A stretch of 64,000 bases of DNA from a virus (taxonomy: Duplodnaviria; Heunggongvirae; Uroviricota; Caudoviricetes): IMG/VR virus record IMGVR_UViG_3300006139_000008; one strand, 5' to 3'. Both the position numbers and the translations under genes were made by a program. Under the pieces are notes generated by a model. It was not told the origin of the DNA, ran no database searches, and saw only the letters and a program-made list of their open reading frames with translations. Of the stretch, positions 28,398 to 37,495 are shown piece after piece; the first letter of the stretch is position 1; the number at the start of each line of letters is the position of its first letter.

Positions 28398-28670
28398 CTA
28401 TTCTTTTGCGACTTTTACATCTTTGTTCTCAATTTTCTTATCATTTAGATATTCTTTTGCACGGTTCCTATTTAAGAATAATACTTTTTCTGCTAATTTT
28501 CTGCTAAAAAGATAGGTCTGTTTGGTCTTCACATCTGCGCCAGTACAATAATCCCCATACACGGATACGATATGTAAATCTAATAATTCGTAATACCCTA
28601 TCTTCGGCAATACTCTGGCAAAAATCACAGTATCGCCTTTTTGCAATTCATCATATCTTATATCTGACAT
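28398..28670 (-). CDS. hypothetical protein
   Basis: ORF in operon context only. Confidence 0.4.
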   Translation of the reverse strand: MSDIRYDELQKGDTVIFARVLPKIGYYELLDLHIVSVYGDYCTGADVKTKQTYLFSRKLAEKVLFLNRNRAKEYLNDKKIENKDVKVAKE

Positions 28671-29023
28671 TTTGATTCCTCCGATTTAATAATGCCAATC
28701 TTGTTAAACATATTATAAAAAGCACTATTTATTTTTTCAATGATTGGTTTATATACTTCGCTACACTCATTTTTATAAAATGGAGGGTAATAGTTTTTTG
28801 TGCCGTAATTGTATGCATTTAACCTTATCTCACCTGTACGCATGTCTGCTATAATTTCACCATCTACAGTAGTATACTTATTATACTGTAACACAGGAAA
28901 TTTTAAAGAATAAAAATCACAATCATAATCACTCATGCCTCTATTATAACGAAATCCATTTTTCTTTAACTTTTTTCTATCCAAGCTCATTAAAATATAT
29001 TTTTCATGTGCTATCATTTCCAT
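28658..29023 (-). CDS. hypothetical protein
   Basis: ORF in operon context only. Confidence 0.4.
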   Translation of the reverse strand: MEMIAHEKYILMSLDRKKLKKNGFRYNRGMSDYDCDFYSLKFPVLQYNKYTTVDGEIIADMRTGEIRLNAYNYGTKNYYPPFYKNECSEVYKPIIEKINSAFYNMFNKIGIIKSEESKCQI

Positions 29024-29646
29024 AATACTATTTCTCCTTTTTGTAAAGATTGTTGAATATTTATTAATCTTTGGTTTGATGACCCGCGATAAGGTAGTGT
29101 GATGTCTCGTTGTGAATCTATATACTGTCCATCTACAAGGACATCACAATTCATTACAATTTCTGCTCTCTTTGTTAATTGACCATATCCATTTCCTAAA
29201 TCCTCAAATTGGTTCTCATGTCTTATACCAATTATTTTCTCCCATATATATCCCGTATATAACCATATGGATTTCTTCGGATATGAAAGACGGATTTTAT
29301 CGGGGAAACTCATCAAGATATTGTTGTTTTTATCTTTCACATATGTTCTATCTTGCGGTGTATTATATCGTTTATTTACTTCAGTTACTAACTCCAATAC
29401 ACCATCAAGATTACCTTCAAAGAGCGGATCACCACCTGTCAGTGTCAGACCTGAAATATAATCCTTATCAAGTTCTCTAAATAATTCTTCTTTTGCTGAT
29501 TCATCAAATGGGATACCACTATTAGCATCCCATGTTTGAGGATTTTGACATCCTTTACATTTATGAGAGCAGCCTGAGAGCCAAAGAACGACTCTCAAAC
29601 CTTCCCCGTTGCATACATCTTCTTTGTCTATTCTTAAATAATTCAT
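29014..29646 (-). CDS. nrdG: anaerobic ribonucleotide reductase activating protein (radical SAM) with an internal insertion
   Basis: VVLWLSGCSHKCKGCQNP (CxxxCxxC), GLTLTGGDPL, RGSSNQ, collinear with E. coli NrdG. 210 aa against about 155 expected. Confidence 0.85.
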   Translation of the reverse strand: MNYLRIDKEDVCNGEGLRVVLWLSGCSHKCKGCQNPQTWDANSGIPFDESAKEELFRELDKDYISGLTLTGGDPLFEGNLDGVLELVTEVNKRYNTPQDRTYVKDKNNNILMSFPDKIRLSYPKKSIWLYTGYIWEKIIGIRHENQFEDLGNGYGQLTKRAEIVMNCDVLVDGQYIDSQRDITLPYRGSSNQRLINIQQSLQKGEIVLWK

Positions 29647-29654
29647 GTACTCTC

Positions 29655-31871
29655 CTACAACTTTTGATGTTTAACTCGCATTTCTACTTCCTGTTGCTTG
29701 CCGGAATTAAATGCACTTTTGTAATCGCCTGTTAAATATCCTGTAACTCTACGAAGTCTACGAATCTCATTACATCCACACATGGGGCATTCATTATTAA
29801 TATCATCGCAATATCCACAATTCGTACACATATCATTTGGAACATTTATTGCAAAATAAGGAATGTCTTTATCCATCGCATAATTAATGATAGCTTCAAG
29901 CGCATCTAAATTATTTTTAACACTTCCTTCAAGTTCAACATACGTTATACATCCAGCACTACTATAACCAGTAAGTTGTGATTCAATGTCAATCTTTTTT
30001 GTTGGAGTCATTTTAATCCATACAGGAACATGAATCGAATTTGTGAAAAATTTCTTATCAGATACATTAGTAATTACACCATACTTTTCTTGAAATTTTT
30101 TCATAGATGTAAAGCATAAATTTTCTGCTGGTGTATAATACACTCCAAAATTTAGCTTATACTCTTTTTTGAACTCAGCACATCTATCTTTAAATAGCTG
30201 TTCAATTCGCTTTGCAAGTTCCATACCTTCATTTGTTGTATGGTCGCATCCAATAAGAATTTGAAGTGTTTCTGCTAATCCTAACTGACCAATTGCAAGA
30301 GTTCCATGTTTTAAAGCAGAACGAATATCTTGTCCATCATATCCTTCCATAACACCATTTTCATACATAAATTTTGCAGAATCTGGTGATTGACTACAAA
30401 TCCACTCAAATCTTTCAAGCAACATATCTTTTGCTTCGTGAATCTTTTTGTCAAGTAAAAGTAAAAATTCATCAACATATTTTATTACACCTGGATATGT
30501 ATAGTCATGATTTATAGCTTCTTTCGCTTCCATTGCTAATGTTGGCATAATAATTGTCACTGGGCAAATATTTCCTCGTCCATCTTTTAACTGTCCAAAT
30601 CCGTTAATGTCCCATCCATTTGCAGTCCGGCAGCCCATCGTACTGAAAAATGTTCTCGGATCATTTCTATCATATCCTTCATTACCAGACCAATCTACAT
30701 TCGCATAATTAGGGTATAGTCTTTGTGCTGTAGATTTAAGTGCCAGTTTAAATAAATCATAGTTTGTATCTTCTGGCTTTCTATTAACGCCTTTCATACA
30801 TTGAAAAATGCCACAGGGGAAAATACTTGTCTTATGTAGTTTGCCAATTCCATTAATGGAAACTTCTAATAATGCCTTTGTTACCATTCTGCCCTCTGGT
30901 TCTGTACAAGTGCCATAATTAATCGAAGTGAATGGTAATTGGTTCCCTGATCGACTCTGTAGCGTGTTTAAATTATGGTAGAGTCCTTCCACTGCTTGAT
31001 ATACTTCTTTTTCTGTTTTATCCATTGCATACTTATATGCTTTGGGTTTACAATCAGGATAACTATTTATTGGTCTATCCCATGTTACATTATCTATAAA
31101 TTCTTGATACAGCATATTTACAGGTTCCTCAATGTATTTACATCCATCAAGCCAATGTTTATAAAAGCTTTTTCTTACATATGGAACCATAGTCCAATCA
31201 AGATGTGTGGCAGAAACGCCGCCAAACTGCTGTAAAGACTGTAATTGAAATATAACTGCTACTAACTGGAATGCCGTACTTACTGATTGTGCTGGTCGTA
31301 CATCTGTTTGTCTTGTGTTGAAACCTTCAGCTAATAACTTATCAAATGGGATGGATAGGCAATTATGCATCCCAACGGCATAACTATTTAAATCATGTAT
31401 GTATATTTCATTATTTAGGTGATTATTTCTTGCCATTTCTGACATGCAATTATCTAATGCGTACTTCTTTAAAACAGTATCGCTTGCTTCTCCAACTCGC
31501 CCTCCGAAGGATTTTTCATCTACATTTGCATTTTGATTCTGAACATTATTAGCATTGAGTTTTTCAGAAATGTCTTTCATTAATTGAGTATTTTTCTCTC
31601 TGATAGCAGTTCTGTTATTTCTATATATAATATATTTTCTTGCAACATCCTTTCGATTACTCGCCATCAGTCTTTCTTCTACCTGATCCTGAATCTCCTC
31701 AACAGTCATGCTCTTATTTAAAACTTCTATAAAATTAGCGATATCCCTGGCTTTTTCTTTTGCATAAGCGGTTTCTTCACCATCTACATCAATAAAAGCC
31801 TTTAGAACAGCTATCTTGATTTTATCTTTATCAAATTTAACTTTACGTCCATCTCTTTTTTGTACTATCAA
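29655..31871 (-). CDS. nrdD: anaerobic ribonucleoside-triphosphate reductase (class III)
   Basis: N-terminal ATP-cone (VQKRDGRKVKFDKDKI). C-terminal Zn site CTNCGYCDD...CPMCGC. Glycyl-radical motif RVTGYLTG. Confidence 0.9.
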   Translation of the reverse strand: MIVQKRDGRKVKFDKDKIKIAVLKAFIDVDGEETAYAKEKARDIANFIEVLNKSMTVEEIQDQVEERLMASNRKDVARKYIIYRNNRTAIREKNTQLMKDISEKLNANNVQNQNANVDEKSFGGRVGEASDTVLKKYALDNCMSEMARNNHLNNEIYIHDLNSYAVGMHNCLSIPFDKLLAEGFNTRQTDVRPAQSVSTAFQLVAVIFQLQSLQQFGGVSATHLDWTMVPYVRKSFYKHWLDGCKYIEEPVNMLYQEFIDNVTWDRPINSYPDCKPKAYKYAMDKTEKEVYQAVEGLYHNLNTLQSRSGNQLPFTSINYGTCTEPEGRMVTKALLEVSINGIGKLHKTSIFPCGIFQCMKGVNRKPEDTNYDLFKLALKSTAQRLYPNYANVDWSGNEGYDRNDPRTFFSTMGCRTANGWDINGFGQLKDGRGNICPVTIIMPTLAMEAKEAINHDYTYPGVIKYVDEFLLLLDKKIHEAKDMLLERFEWICSQSPDSAKFMYENGVMEGYDGQDIRSALKHGTLAIGQLGLAETLQILIGCDHTTNEGMELAKRIEQLFKDRCAEFKKEYKLNFGVYYTPAENLCFTSMKKFQEKYGVITNVSDKKFFTNSIHVPVWIKMTPTKKIDIESQLTGYSSAGCITYVELEGSVKNNLDALEAIINYAMDKDIPYFAINVPNDMCTNCGYCDDINNECPMCGCNEIRRLRRVTGYLTGDYKSAFNSGKQQEVEMRVKHQKL

Positions 31872-31886
31872 TCAGTTTATTCCTCC

Positions 31887-32072
31887 TCATTTATGTATTT
31901 GATAAATACAGCCACTTATAAAGCCAATTAATCCTAAAACGAAATAAAAATGATTGGTTGTTAGTTCACATTGATTCACAAATGGCTGTAAGACTTCAAT
32001 ACAAATTTTATCTACATTAAATTGCACCAATATCCATGCTACAATTAGTCCTTCTACTAATCCACTTAACAA
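31887..32072 (-). CDS. small hydrophobic protein
   Basis: 61-aa ORF, two hydrophobic stretches; weak. Confidence 0.3.
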   Translation of the reverse strand: MLSGLVEGLIVAWILVQFNVDKICIEVLQPFVNQCELTTNHFYFVLGLIGFISGCIYQIHK

Positions 32073-32154
32073 TAAATTCTCCTTTCCTCACCCTTTGAAA
32101 CAGGCATTTCATCAACACAATCAATCTACATATTGTTTGTGTGGTTCAACCCAA

Positions 32155-32198
32155 ACACTATATATTGTATGCTATATTTATATTGACATAGCATACAA
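32155..32198. promoter_or_regulatory. NrdR-box-like site plus 11-bp perfect inverted repeat upstream of the nrdD operon
   Basis: ACACTATATATTGTAT (32155-32170) matches 14/16 of the NrdR box consensus acaCwAtATaTwGtgt. Overlaps TTGTATGCTAT...ATAGCATACAA inverted repeat (32165-32198). Confidence 0.45.
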
Positions 32199-32225
32199 CA
32201 CAAACCACCAGTCTAACATCTAACC

Positions 32226-32642
32226 TTATACAAATTTTTTCATGTTATCTGCAATTTTTCTCTTTTTGTCAATATGTTTGTTTCGTAGCTTTTCCAAGAT
32301 ATCTATCATATTTTCTAACAGCAAAATATGTCTATTATACTGGTCAATCATTGACTTGTGATATTTATAATCTGTTTTCTGCCCTGCAATTTCACGCCCT
32401 GTTTTTAAATCAAAAACATCATCCCTATTAGCAACCGCTGTACTCTTATAATAAGGATTGCTTGACTCTTTGCGCCCAAAAATAAAATCAATTCGATTAA
32501 GAATAAATGAATAGTTTTTATTTACGGTTTTGACTTCATTAGCAATCGAATGCTTATTCTCCATCATTGCAATAACAGTATTTTTCTCTGGTAGCTCAAC
32601 ATATCTTTTTTTCATAAACATTCCCTCCATTTTTAATGTCAT
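32226..32642 (-). CDS. hypothetical protein
   Basis: 138-aa ORF; context only. Confidence 0.45.
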   Translation of the reverse strand: MTLKMEGMFMKKRYVELPEKNTVIAMMENKHSIANEVKTVNKNYSFILNRIDFIFGRKESSNPYYKSTAVANRDDVFDLKTGREIAGQKTDYKYHKSMIDQYNRHILLLENMIDILEKLRNKHIDKKRKIADNMKKFV

Positions 32643-32675
32643 ATATAAACAATTGTTTGCAGTTAGATTTATTTT

Positions 32676-33653
32676 TTATTTTTCTTTTGCCACTACAGTA
32701 TCTGCACCCTGTACTGTTACCCATCCATGTTTTCCTCTTGCGTCCGCAAGCTTACTTTCGATAAGTTTATCTGTAACGCTTGCGGCCACCTTTCTATTTG
32801 CTTCAGCTTCCGCTTCAGATGCAATCCTCACAGCATCTGCCTCTGCCTGCGCTTTTGTCTTTTTAACTGTAGCATCCGCCTCAGCCTTCTCGATATTTCT
32901 CTTATTCTCAATCTGCTGTTTTTCATAATCCATCTGAGCCTGCTGTTTCTTGGCAATCTTATTATCATATTCCTTGTCAAACCTTGCACCATTGATAATC
33001 ACTTTGTTGATATGGATAACACCAGCTCCATATTTCTCATCAAGGGATTTCTGTATATTTTCCTGCGCTTTTGGTTCTAGAATACTGCGGTTTGTAACAT
33101 CAGTTGGCGTTAAAGTTTTAGATGATGTTTTAATTGCAGAAGCAACCAATGTTTCACTTACGAGGTTATCTTGATAATCTGTGACATTAGCATAAATCCA
33201 AGCAGATTTATCAGGCTGAATCTGATATGTAACTGTAATTCCCTTAAATATAACTGCGTTTCTCTCACTGGTTTCCGAAGAAATTTTATTCTCGTCAAAA
33301 ACAATATCCTGCTGTTTATTATTAACTTTTTCAACTTTTTGAATAAACGGAAGTTTAAAATTAAAGCCATTAGGCATAGTCTTTTGTGAAACTTGACCAA
33401 AAGTTGTTTTCACACCACTATATCCTGTCGGTATAATCACAAAGCTGAATGAAAATACAAACAGAAAAATGCCAAGAACCGCAACACATATATTTGTAGT
33501 GTGGTTTCTATATTTCTTTTTATATTCTTCTTGTTTAATAAGTCCGTTTTTTAGATTTTCATCCAATTTATTATTTCTTGTAAATTTAGTGACACTGTTT
33601 CCCATTGCAATAACAACAATAATAATTCCTAATAATCCAATAAATAAATTCAT
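32676..33653 (-). CDS. SPFH/band-7 (prohibitin/HflC-like) membrane protein
   Basis: N-terminal TM helices, SPFH core, Ala/Glu/Lys-rich coiled-coil tail. Confidence 0.7.
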   Translation of the reverse strand: MNLFIGLLGIIIVVIAMGNSVTKFTRNNKLDENLKNGLIKQEEYKKKYRNHTTNICVAVLGIFLFVFSFSFVIIPTGYSGVKTTFGQVSQKTMPNGFNFKLPFIQKVEKVNNKQQDIVFDENKISSETSERNAVIFKGITVTYQIQPDKSAWIYANVTDYQDNLVSETLVASAIKTSSKTLTPTDVTNRSILEPKAQENIQKSLDEKYGAGVIHINKVIINGARFDKEYDNKIAKKQQAQMDYEKQQIENKRNIEKAEADATVKKTKAQAEADAVRIASEAEAEANRKVAASVTDKLIESKLADARGKHGWVTVQGADTVVAKEK

Positions 33654-33666
33654 ATAAAACCCTCCA

Positions 33667-34227
33667 TTAATTATTTTTTAACTTATTGATTTGTTCCATA
33701 TATGTATTTTTAATCATATTCGCCAATAAAGCAGGCGACATTACCCCATTATTAACGAATACAAAATCAACACACTGTTCAATATCTTTAAAATCTTCCC
33801 TGTCAGCAATCAACCTCCTTTGTGCTTCATCTATATTGTCTTTTCTTGCTAATAACCTGTCCCATATAACATCTTCATCTGTCTTTATGTAGAATACAAC
33901 AGGATGTATATTCTCATTCTTTTTCAATGTTTCTAATATTTTAGGATTAGTCACAATCACTTTTTCGTCTGACAAATCCTGAGCTGCAATCCCATAACGC
34001 CATATTTCCCCATTGTACACTTTATATGATTTGTTAACTGCAAAGAAATTCTTTTTACACATATCCCAAAATTTTCTTTCAGTAACAAAATGATATTGTT
34101 TCCCCTCCTTCTCATTTTCTCTTGGTGGACGTGTAGTATATTCCAGTATCGGAGTAACACCTAACCGTACTAATTCCTTTTGCGTCGTTGATTTACCACT
34201 ACATGATTTTCCAAGCAGTACAAGCAT
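33667..34227 (-). CDS. gmk: guanylate kinase-like nucleoside monophosphate kinase
   Basis: P-loop LLGKSCSGKST and guanylate-kinase signature TTRPPRENEKEGKQYHFV. Confidence 0.8.
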   Translation of the reverse strand: MLVLLGKSCSGKSTTQKELVRLGVTPILEYTTRPPRENEKEGKQYHFVTERKFWDMCKKNFFAVNKSYKVYNGEIWRYGIAAQDLSDEKVIVTNPKILETLKKNENIHPVVFYIKTDEDVIWDRLLARKDNIDEAQRRLIADREDFKDIEQCVDFVFVNNGVMSPALLANMIKNTYMEQINKLKNN

Positions 34228-34473
34228 TTACTCTTCTCCTTCGATTACATATTCAGACACATCATTTTTAAATAGCCCTCCTGTTTCATCGTCTTCAATA
34301 TGTACAATTACTGGTTCCATTAGATTTAAGCTGAACATCCCCATTACACTTGACCCGTCAACCGTAAATGCCCTGCCACAGTTCTTAACCATAATATCAC
34401 AGTTATATTTACCTGCCTTATTTGCAAATGTCTTAACTTCTTCTACACCTCTTAAGTGAACTGTAAATTCCAT
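34228..34473 (-). CDS. HPr-like small protein (weak)
   Basis: 81 aa. Pattern TVHLRG ... A.K...DI.V.N.GRAFTVDGSSVMGMFSLNL...I.IEDDE parallels the HPr fold. Confidence 0.3.
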   Translation of the reverse strand: MEFTVHLRGVEEVKTFANKAGKYNCDIMVKNCGRAFTVDGSSVMGMFSLNLMEPVIVHIEDDETGGLFKNDVSEYVIEGEE

Positions 34474-34481
34474 ACAACCTC

Positions 34482-35180
34482 CTATTTATAAAACCTAAAT
34501 TGTTTTACTTTCCCTTTAAATTGTTTCCCAGCAAAAGATACATCTCCTCTAATTCTTGCCTTATATGGCAATATGCTTGTTTGAACAATAAATTCTACAA
34601 CGCTTCCGTCTGTATGTACCCTATGCTTATTTATTGTATCTTTATCTGCTTTACTGTCAGCAGTAATACATTTCAGGACATGCTTTCTGCCATTATGCGA
34701 TAACACTAAATCTGTTTTTACCCCGATTTGTTTTGTATAATAACTGCCAACAGCAATACAATATCTATTCCCCACCATCCAAATTCCAGATTGGCAGTCC
34801 AAATGATATTTCTTTTTTAGCCTTCCTTGTGCAAAATTATTATTGTCTGTAATACAATCTGCATCTTCATAAGACTTAAATGTACTTTTACAAGGAGGGC
34901 AATATGCCTTATATTCAGCCCTGTTTTTCCTTAAATATTTACTGCATATATATCCCTTCTTCTTTTTGTAAAATGCCAAATACCATTCTTTATTCACTTT
35001 CTTTATGATTCTTATTTTTTCATTCCAATATATTTGCCCAATTATCTTACCTTTGATATTTGGCCTGTTCCTGATATTAACTGTTGTTTTCGCATATCTA
35101 TAATTCTCTTTTGCATATAGATGAATTGGATTCATAAATATTGATAACAATATGGAAAATATTAACACTCCATTTAACAC
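34482..35180 (-). CDS. secreted/anchored SH3b plus DPBB (3D/RlpA-like) domain protein, putative peptidoglycan-binding or lytic protein
   Basis: N-terminal signal/TM. SH3b-like TTVNIRNRPNIKGKIIGQIYWNEKIRII...WYLAF. C-terminal DLVLSHNGRKHVLKCITADSKA...HTDGSVVEF resembling RlpA/3D double-psi barrel. Confidence 0.45.
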   Translation of the reverse strand: MLNGVLIFSILLSIFMNPIHLYAKENYRYAKTTVNIRNRPNIKGKIIGQIYWNEKIRIIKKVNKEWYLAFYKKKKGYICSKYLRKNRAEYKAYCPPCKSTFKSYEDADCITDNNNFAQGRLKKKYHLDCQSGIWMVGNRYCIAVGSYYTKQIGVKTDLVLSHNGRKHVLKCITADSKADKDTINKHRVHTDGSVVEFIVQTSILPYKARIRGDVSFAGKQFKGKVKQFRFYK

Positions 35181-35201
35181 ACGTTTTAAAATGTAACCAC
35201 C

Positions 35202-35420
35202 TCACTTATCCCAAAATTTCATTGCCCCATTTGACTCAAATGGTTTAGTTGTAATCGCCTTATATGTATCATCTGCATCAAATCCTATTTGCCTTTTTTC
35301 AATTCCCGTAATCTGGCAGTCATACCTGCCAAGCATGTCCCCTTCTTTTCCAATACAAACAATATCATCATCTAAAATGTGTTTGTTTATCATTTCTTTT
35401 ATTTGCTTTCCTGTATACAA
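35202..35420 (-). CDS. hypothetical small protein
   Basis: 72-aa ORF; context only. Confidence 0.35.
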   Translation of the reverse strand: MYTGKQIKEMINKHILDDDIVCIGKEGDMLGRYDCQITGIEKRQIGFDADDTYKAITTKPFESNGAMKFWDK

Positions 35421-35425
35421 AGTTT

Positions 35426-36142
35426 CTAATCATTCACCTCCCGTCTATCAAGAAAAATTAATTCTTTAGAATAAGGTAATTTACTGACCCAAGCCATAAA
35501 ATATTCAGACCATTCTGATAATTTATGATTTTCCCTTTGATGAACCATTACATATAAATTTTCATAATTAAGTGTAACGGTTTTCTTATATAACCATGAT
35601 GATGGCAACCAACGAATAAGTTCTTTCCAATATCTTTTATCACCTGTTGCGATAAATTTTTGTCTAAGACTTTCTAAAAATTGAATCAAATAATCAATTT
35701 CTTCTGGATTGGCAAAGACATTACGATCATAATCGTTAATTTCAAAACATTTTAATGTAATAGGTGTATCTGATAATTTATGTATTGTACTTGTGCTATT
35801 TGTTACCGTACCAATTTTATATTGATCAAATTCTTTCCAAAAATATAATGGTGCTGTAATATCTGCTGACACAAATATTTGACGCATAAACTTTCTATGT
35901 TCTGAACCAGCCATAATAAGTTTTTGTGCGAGTTTCATATCATTTGTGCCAATAATAGGTGCTTCTAATGCATAATTATTAAGGTCATGTATACTACATT
36001 CATCGCATAAATGATTATGATTACAATTTCCACATTGGTTATATCCAAACACGCTATCACTCTTATCCCATGAATTTTTAGGATTTCTCATTCCTCTTAG
36101 AGCATGTTTAAAACCCCACACTTCTGTATCTTCAAATCTCAT
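35426..36142 (-). CDS. ThyX-fold (flavin-dependent thymidylate synthase-like) protein with non-canonical active-site motifs
   Basis: Collinear with ThyX: EH...APLYFWKEFDQYK aligns with APIFVARQWFRHR; TLNYENLYVMVHQRENHKLSEWSEYF aligns with [26 protein letters not shown]. RHR and S..RY motifs are replaced (QYK, STIH). Extra CGNCNHNHLCDEC insert. Confidence 0.45.
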   Translation of the reverse strand: MRFEDTEVWGFKHALRGMRNPKNSWDKSDSVFGYNQCGNCNHNHLCDECSIHDLNNYALEAPIIGTNDMKLAQKLIMAGSEHRKFMRQIFVSADITAPLYFWKEFDQYKIGTVTNSTSTIHKLSDTPITLKCFEINDYDRNVFANPEEIDYLIQFLESLRQKFIATGDKRYWKELIRWLPSSWLYKKTVTLNYENLYVMVHQRENHKLSEWSEYFMAWVSKLPYSKELIFLDRREVND

Positions 36143-36205
36143 ATTTATACCTCAAACTTTCTCATATTTTTAATAAGTAATGAAATAACACTTTTATGAC
36201 ATAAA

Positions 36206-37495
36206 TTAATTATAGCTTGGCTCATTTTTATCAAATCTTACAGATTCAAATACCGGAAATTGAATTGATATTCCACTATCCTTGTTCTTTGTTTCTTCTT
36301 TATATTTTACGCTAATGATTTTATCAATTACATCTTCAGGATGCTGCCAAATTCTTTTCCTATCTTCATCAGAAAAGCCGCTGCCTATATTCACAGGAAA
36401 TCCTTTATAATCACACACCAATGCCCCTAATGTTCCTTTATTACGTCCTGAACCTTCTTTTATGCCAATACATCTAAGATCGCAGCTAAAAAACTTTTTT
36501 ACCTTAATTAAATTCTTTGTCCGTTTACATTCATATGGAGTATCTAAATTTAAAATAATACCCTCCCAGTCATGAGCCTCAGCATAATCTAACCATTTCC
36601 AGATTTGAGAATGATCTGTTCCTTCGTAACACATTTGAACCACTTCTACATTTTTTAATTCATCAAATGTGTCAATATCTTCTTTAATTTTAAGTAATGT
36701 TTGTTTCCGTTCATGATATGAAGCTTTTGATTTACCACTCCAAAATTCTTCTAATGGGAACACATCAAAAATAACTAATTTTAAATCAGACTTATCAGTA
36801 TCCTTACTCATTGCTATTCCAGTTCCCTTTTGGAATGCTTCTGAGTCAGATAATCCTTCCTTATTCCTATATAGAAGTTCCCCATCAACAAAACAATCTA
36901 TCAGACCTAATTTATGTAAGTCAGATATAATATGCTCTAGCCCTTTATACTCTTTTCCTTGCCTTGTCATGCATTTATCACCCACAAAAGCACATCTTGT
37001 ACCATTTAATTTACGGGATATAAATATTCTTTTTCCAGTTCCAATTTTACATTTTTCAATAGGAGTCCCCAGCATAACATCAAAAGTAGGTATAAGTCCT
37101 GGGATACATTTATTTACAAGTTTTGCATCCGCTCCAAGCCTAAATTTCTTAGTAATCAATTGCTCATAAAAATCTCTATCTTCCTCTTGTCCATACAAGA
37201 ACGCTTGAATTTCATATATATCATCATCTTTTCCTGTATTATTTTCTTTCAAATAATTCATCACATCTTCAAATGTGCTATGAACACATAAATAATACGG
37301 AGCCAATTCAGAACTTGGTTTTACTTCCTTTTTAATTTTCTTTGAACTAATACCTGTTATAACATTTTTGTCTAAAAGAAAAACGAGACATTTTTTAAAT
37401 AATTCATTGTTTTTATTTGCAATAATAATTGATTTCTTATCGTTTAGGCTGTTTGTATCTTGAATTTGTTTAAATAATTTAATTACTTCGTCCAA
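36206..37495 (-). CDS. ATP-dependent DNA ligase family nucleotidyltransferase (motif I variant KxNG)
   Basis: Motif I RKLNGTR (Asn in place of Asp); motif III FVDGELL; motif IV EGIILN; motif V LIKVKK; OB-like C-terminus. Confidence 0.65.
   Translation of the reverse strand: MDEVIKLFKQIQDTNSLNDKKSIIIANKNNELFKKCLVFLLDKNVITGISSKKIKKEVKPSSELAPYYLCVHSTFEDVMNYLKENNTGKDDDIYEIQAFLYGQEEDRDFYEQLITKKFRLGADAKLVNKCIPGLIPTFDVMLGTPIEKCKIGTGKRIFISRKLNGTRCAFVGDKCMTRQGKEYKGLEHIISDLHKLGLIDCFVDGELLYRNKEGLSDSEAFQKGTGIAMSKDTDKSDLKLVIFDVFPLEEFWSGKSKASYHERKQTLLKIKEDIDTFDELKNVEVVQMCYEGTDHSQIWKWLDYAEAHDWEGIILNLDTPYECKRTKNLIKVKKFFSCDLRCIGIKEGSGRNKGTLGALVCDYKGFPVNIGSGFSDEDRKRIWQHPEDVIDKIISVKYKEETKNKDSGISIQFPVFESVRFDKNEPSYN

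Noticed and set aside
29112-29735. Plus-strand ORFs antisense to nrdG and the nrdD 3-prime end
   Set aside because: Antisense to confidently identified genes. No RBS.
32530-33657. Several plus-strand ORFs antisense to the SPFH gene (32530-32928, 32727-33080, 32950-33174, 33171-33389, 33469-33657)
   Set aside because: Antisense to an Ala/Glu/Lys-rich coiled-coil coding region, a classic source of spurious open frames.
36206-37495. Considered calling the ligase an RNA ligase or capping enzyme because motif I is KLNGTR rather than KxDG
   Set aside because: Motifs III, IV and V and an OB-like C-terminal domain fit ATP-dependent DNA ligases, and the replication-module context favours DNA ligase. 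The Asp-to-Asn variant is noted, not resolved.
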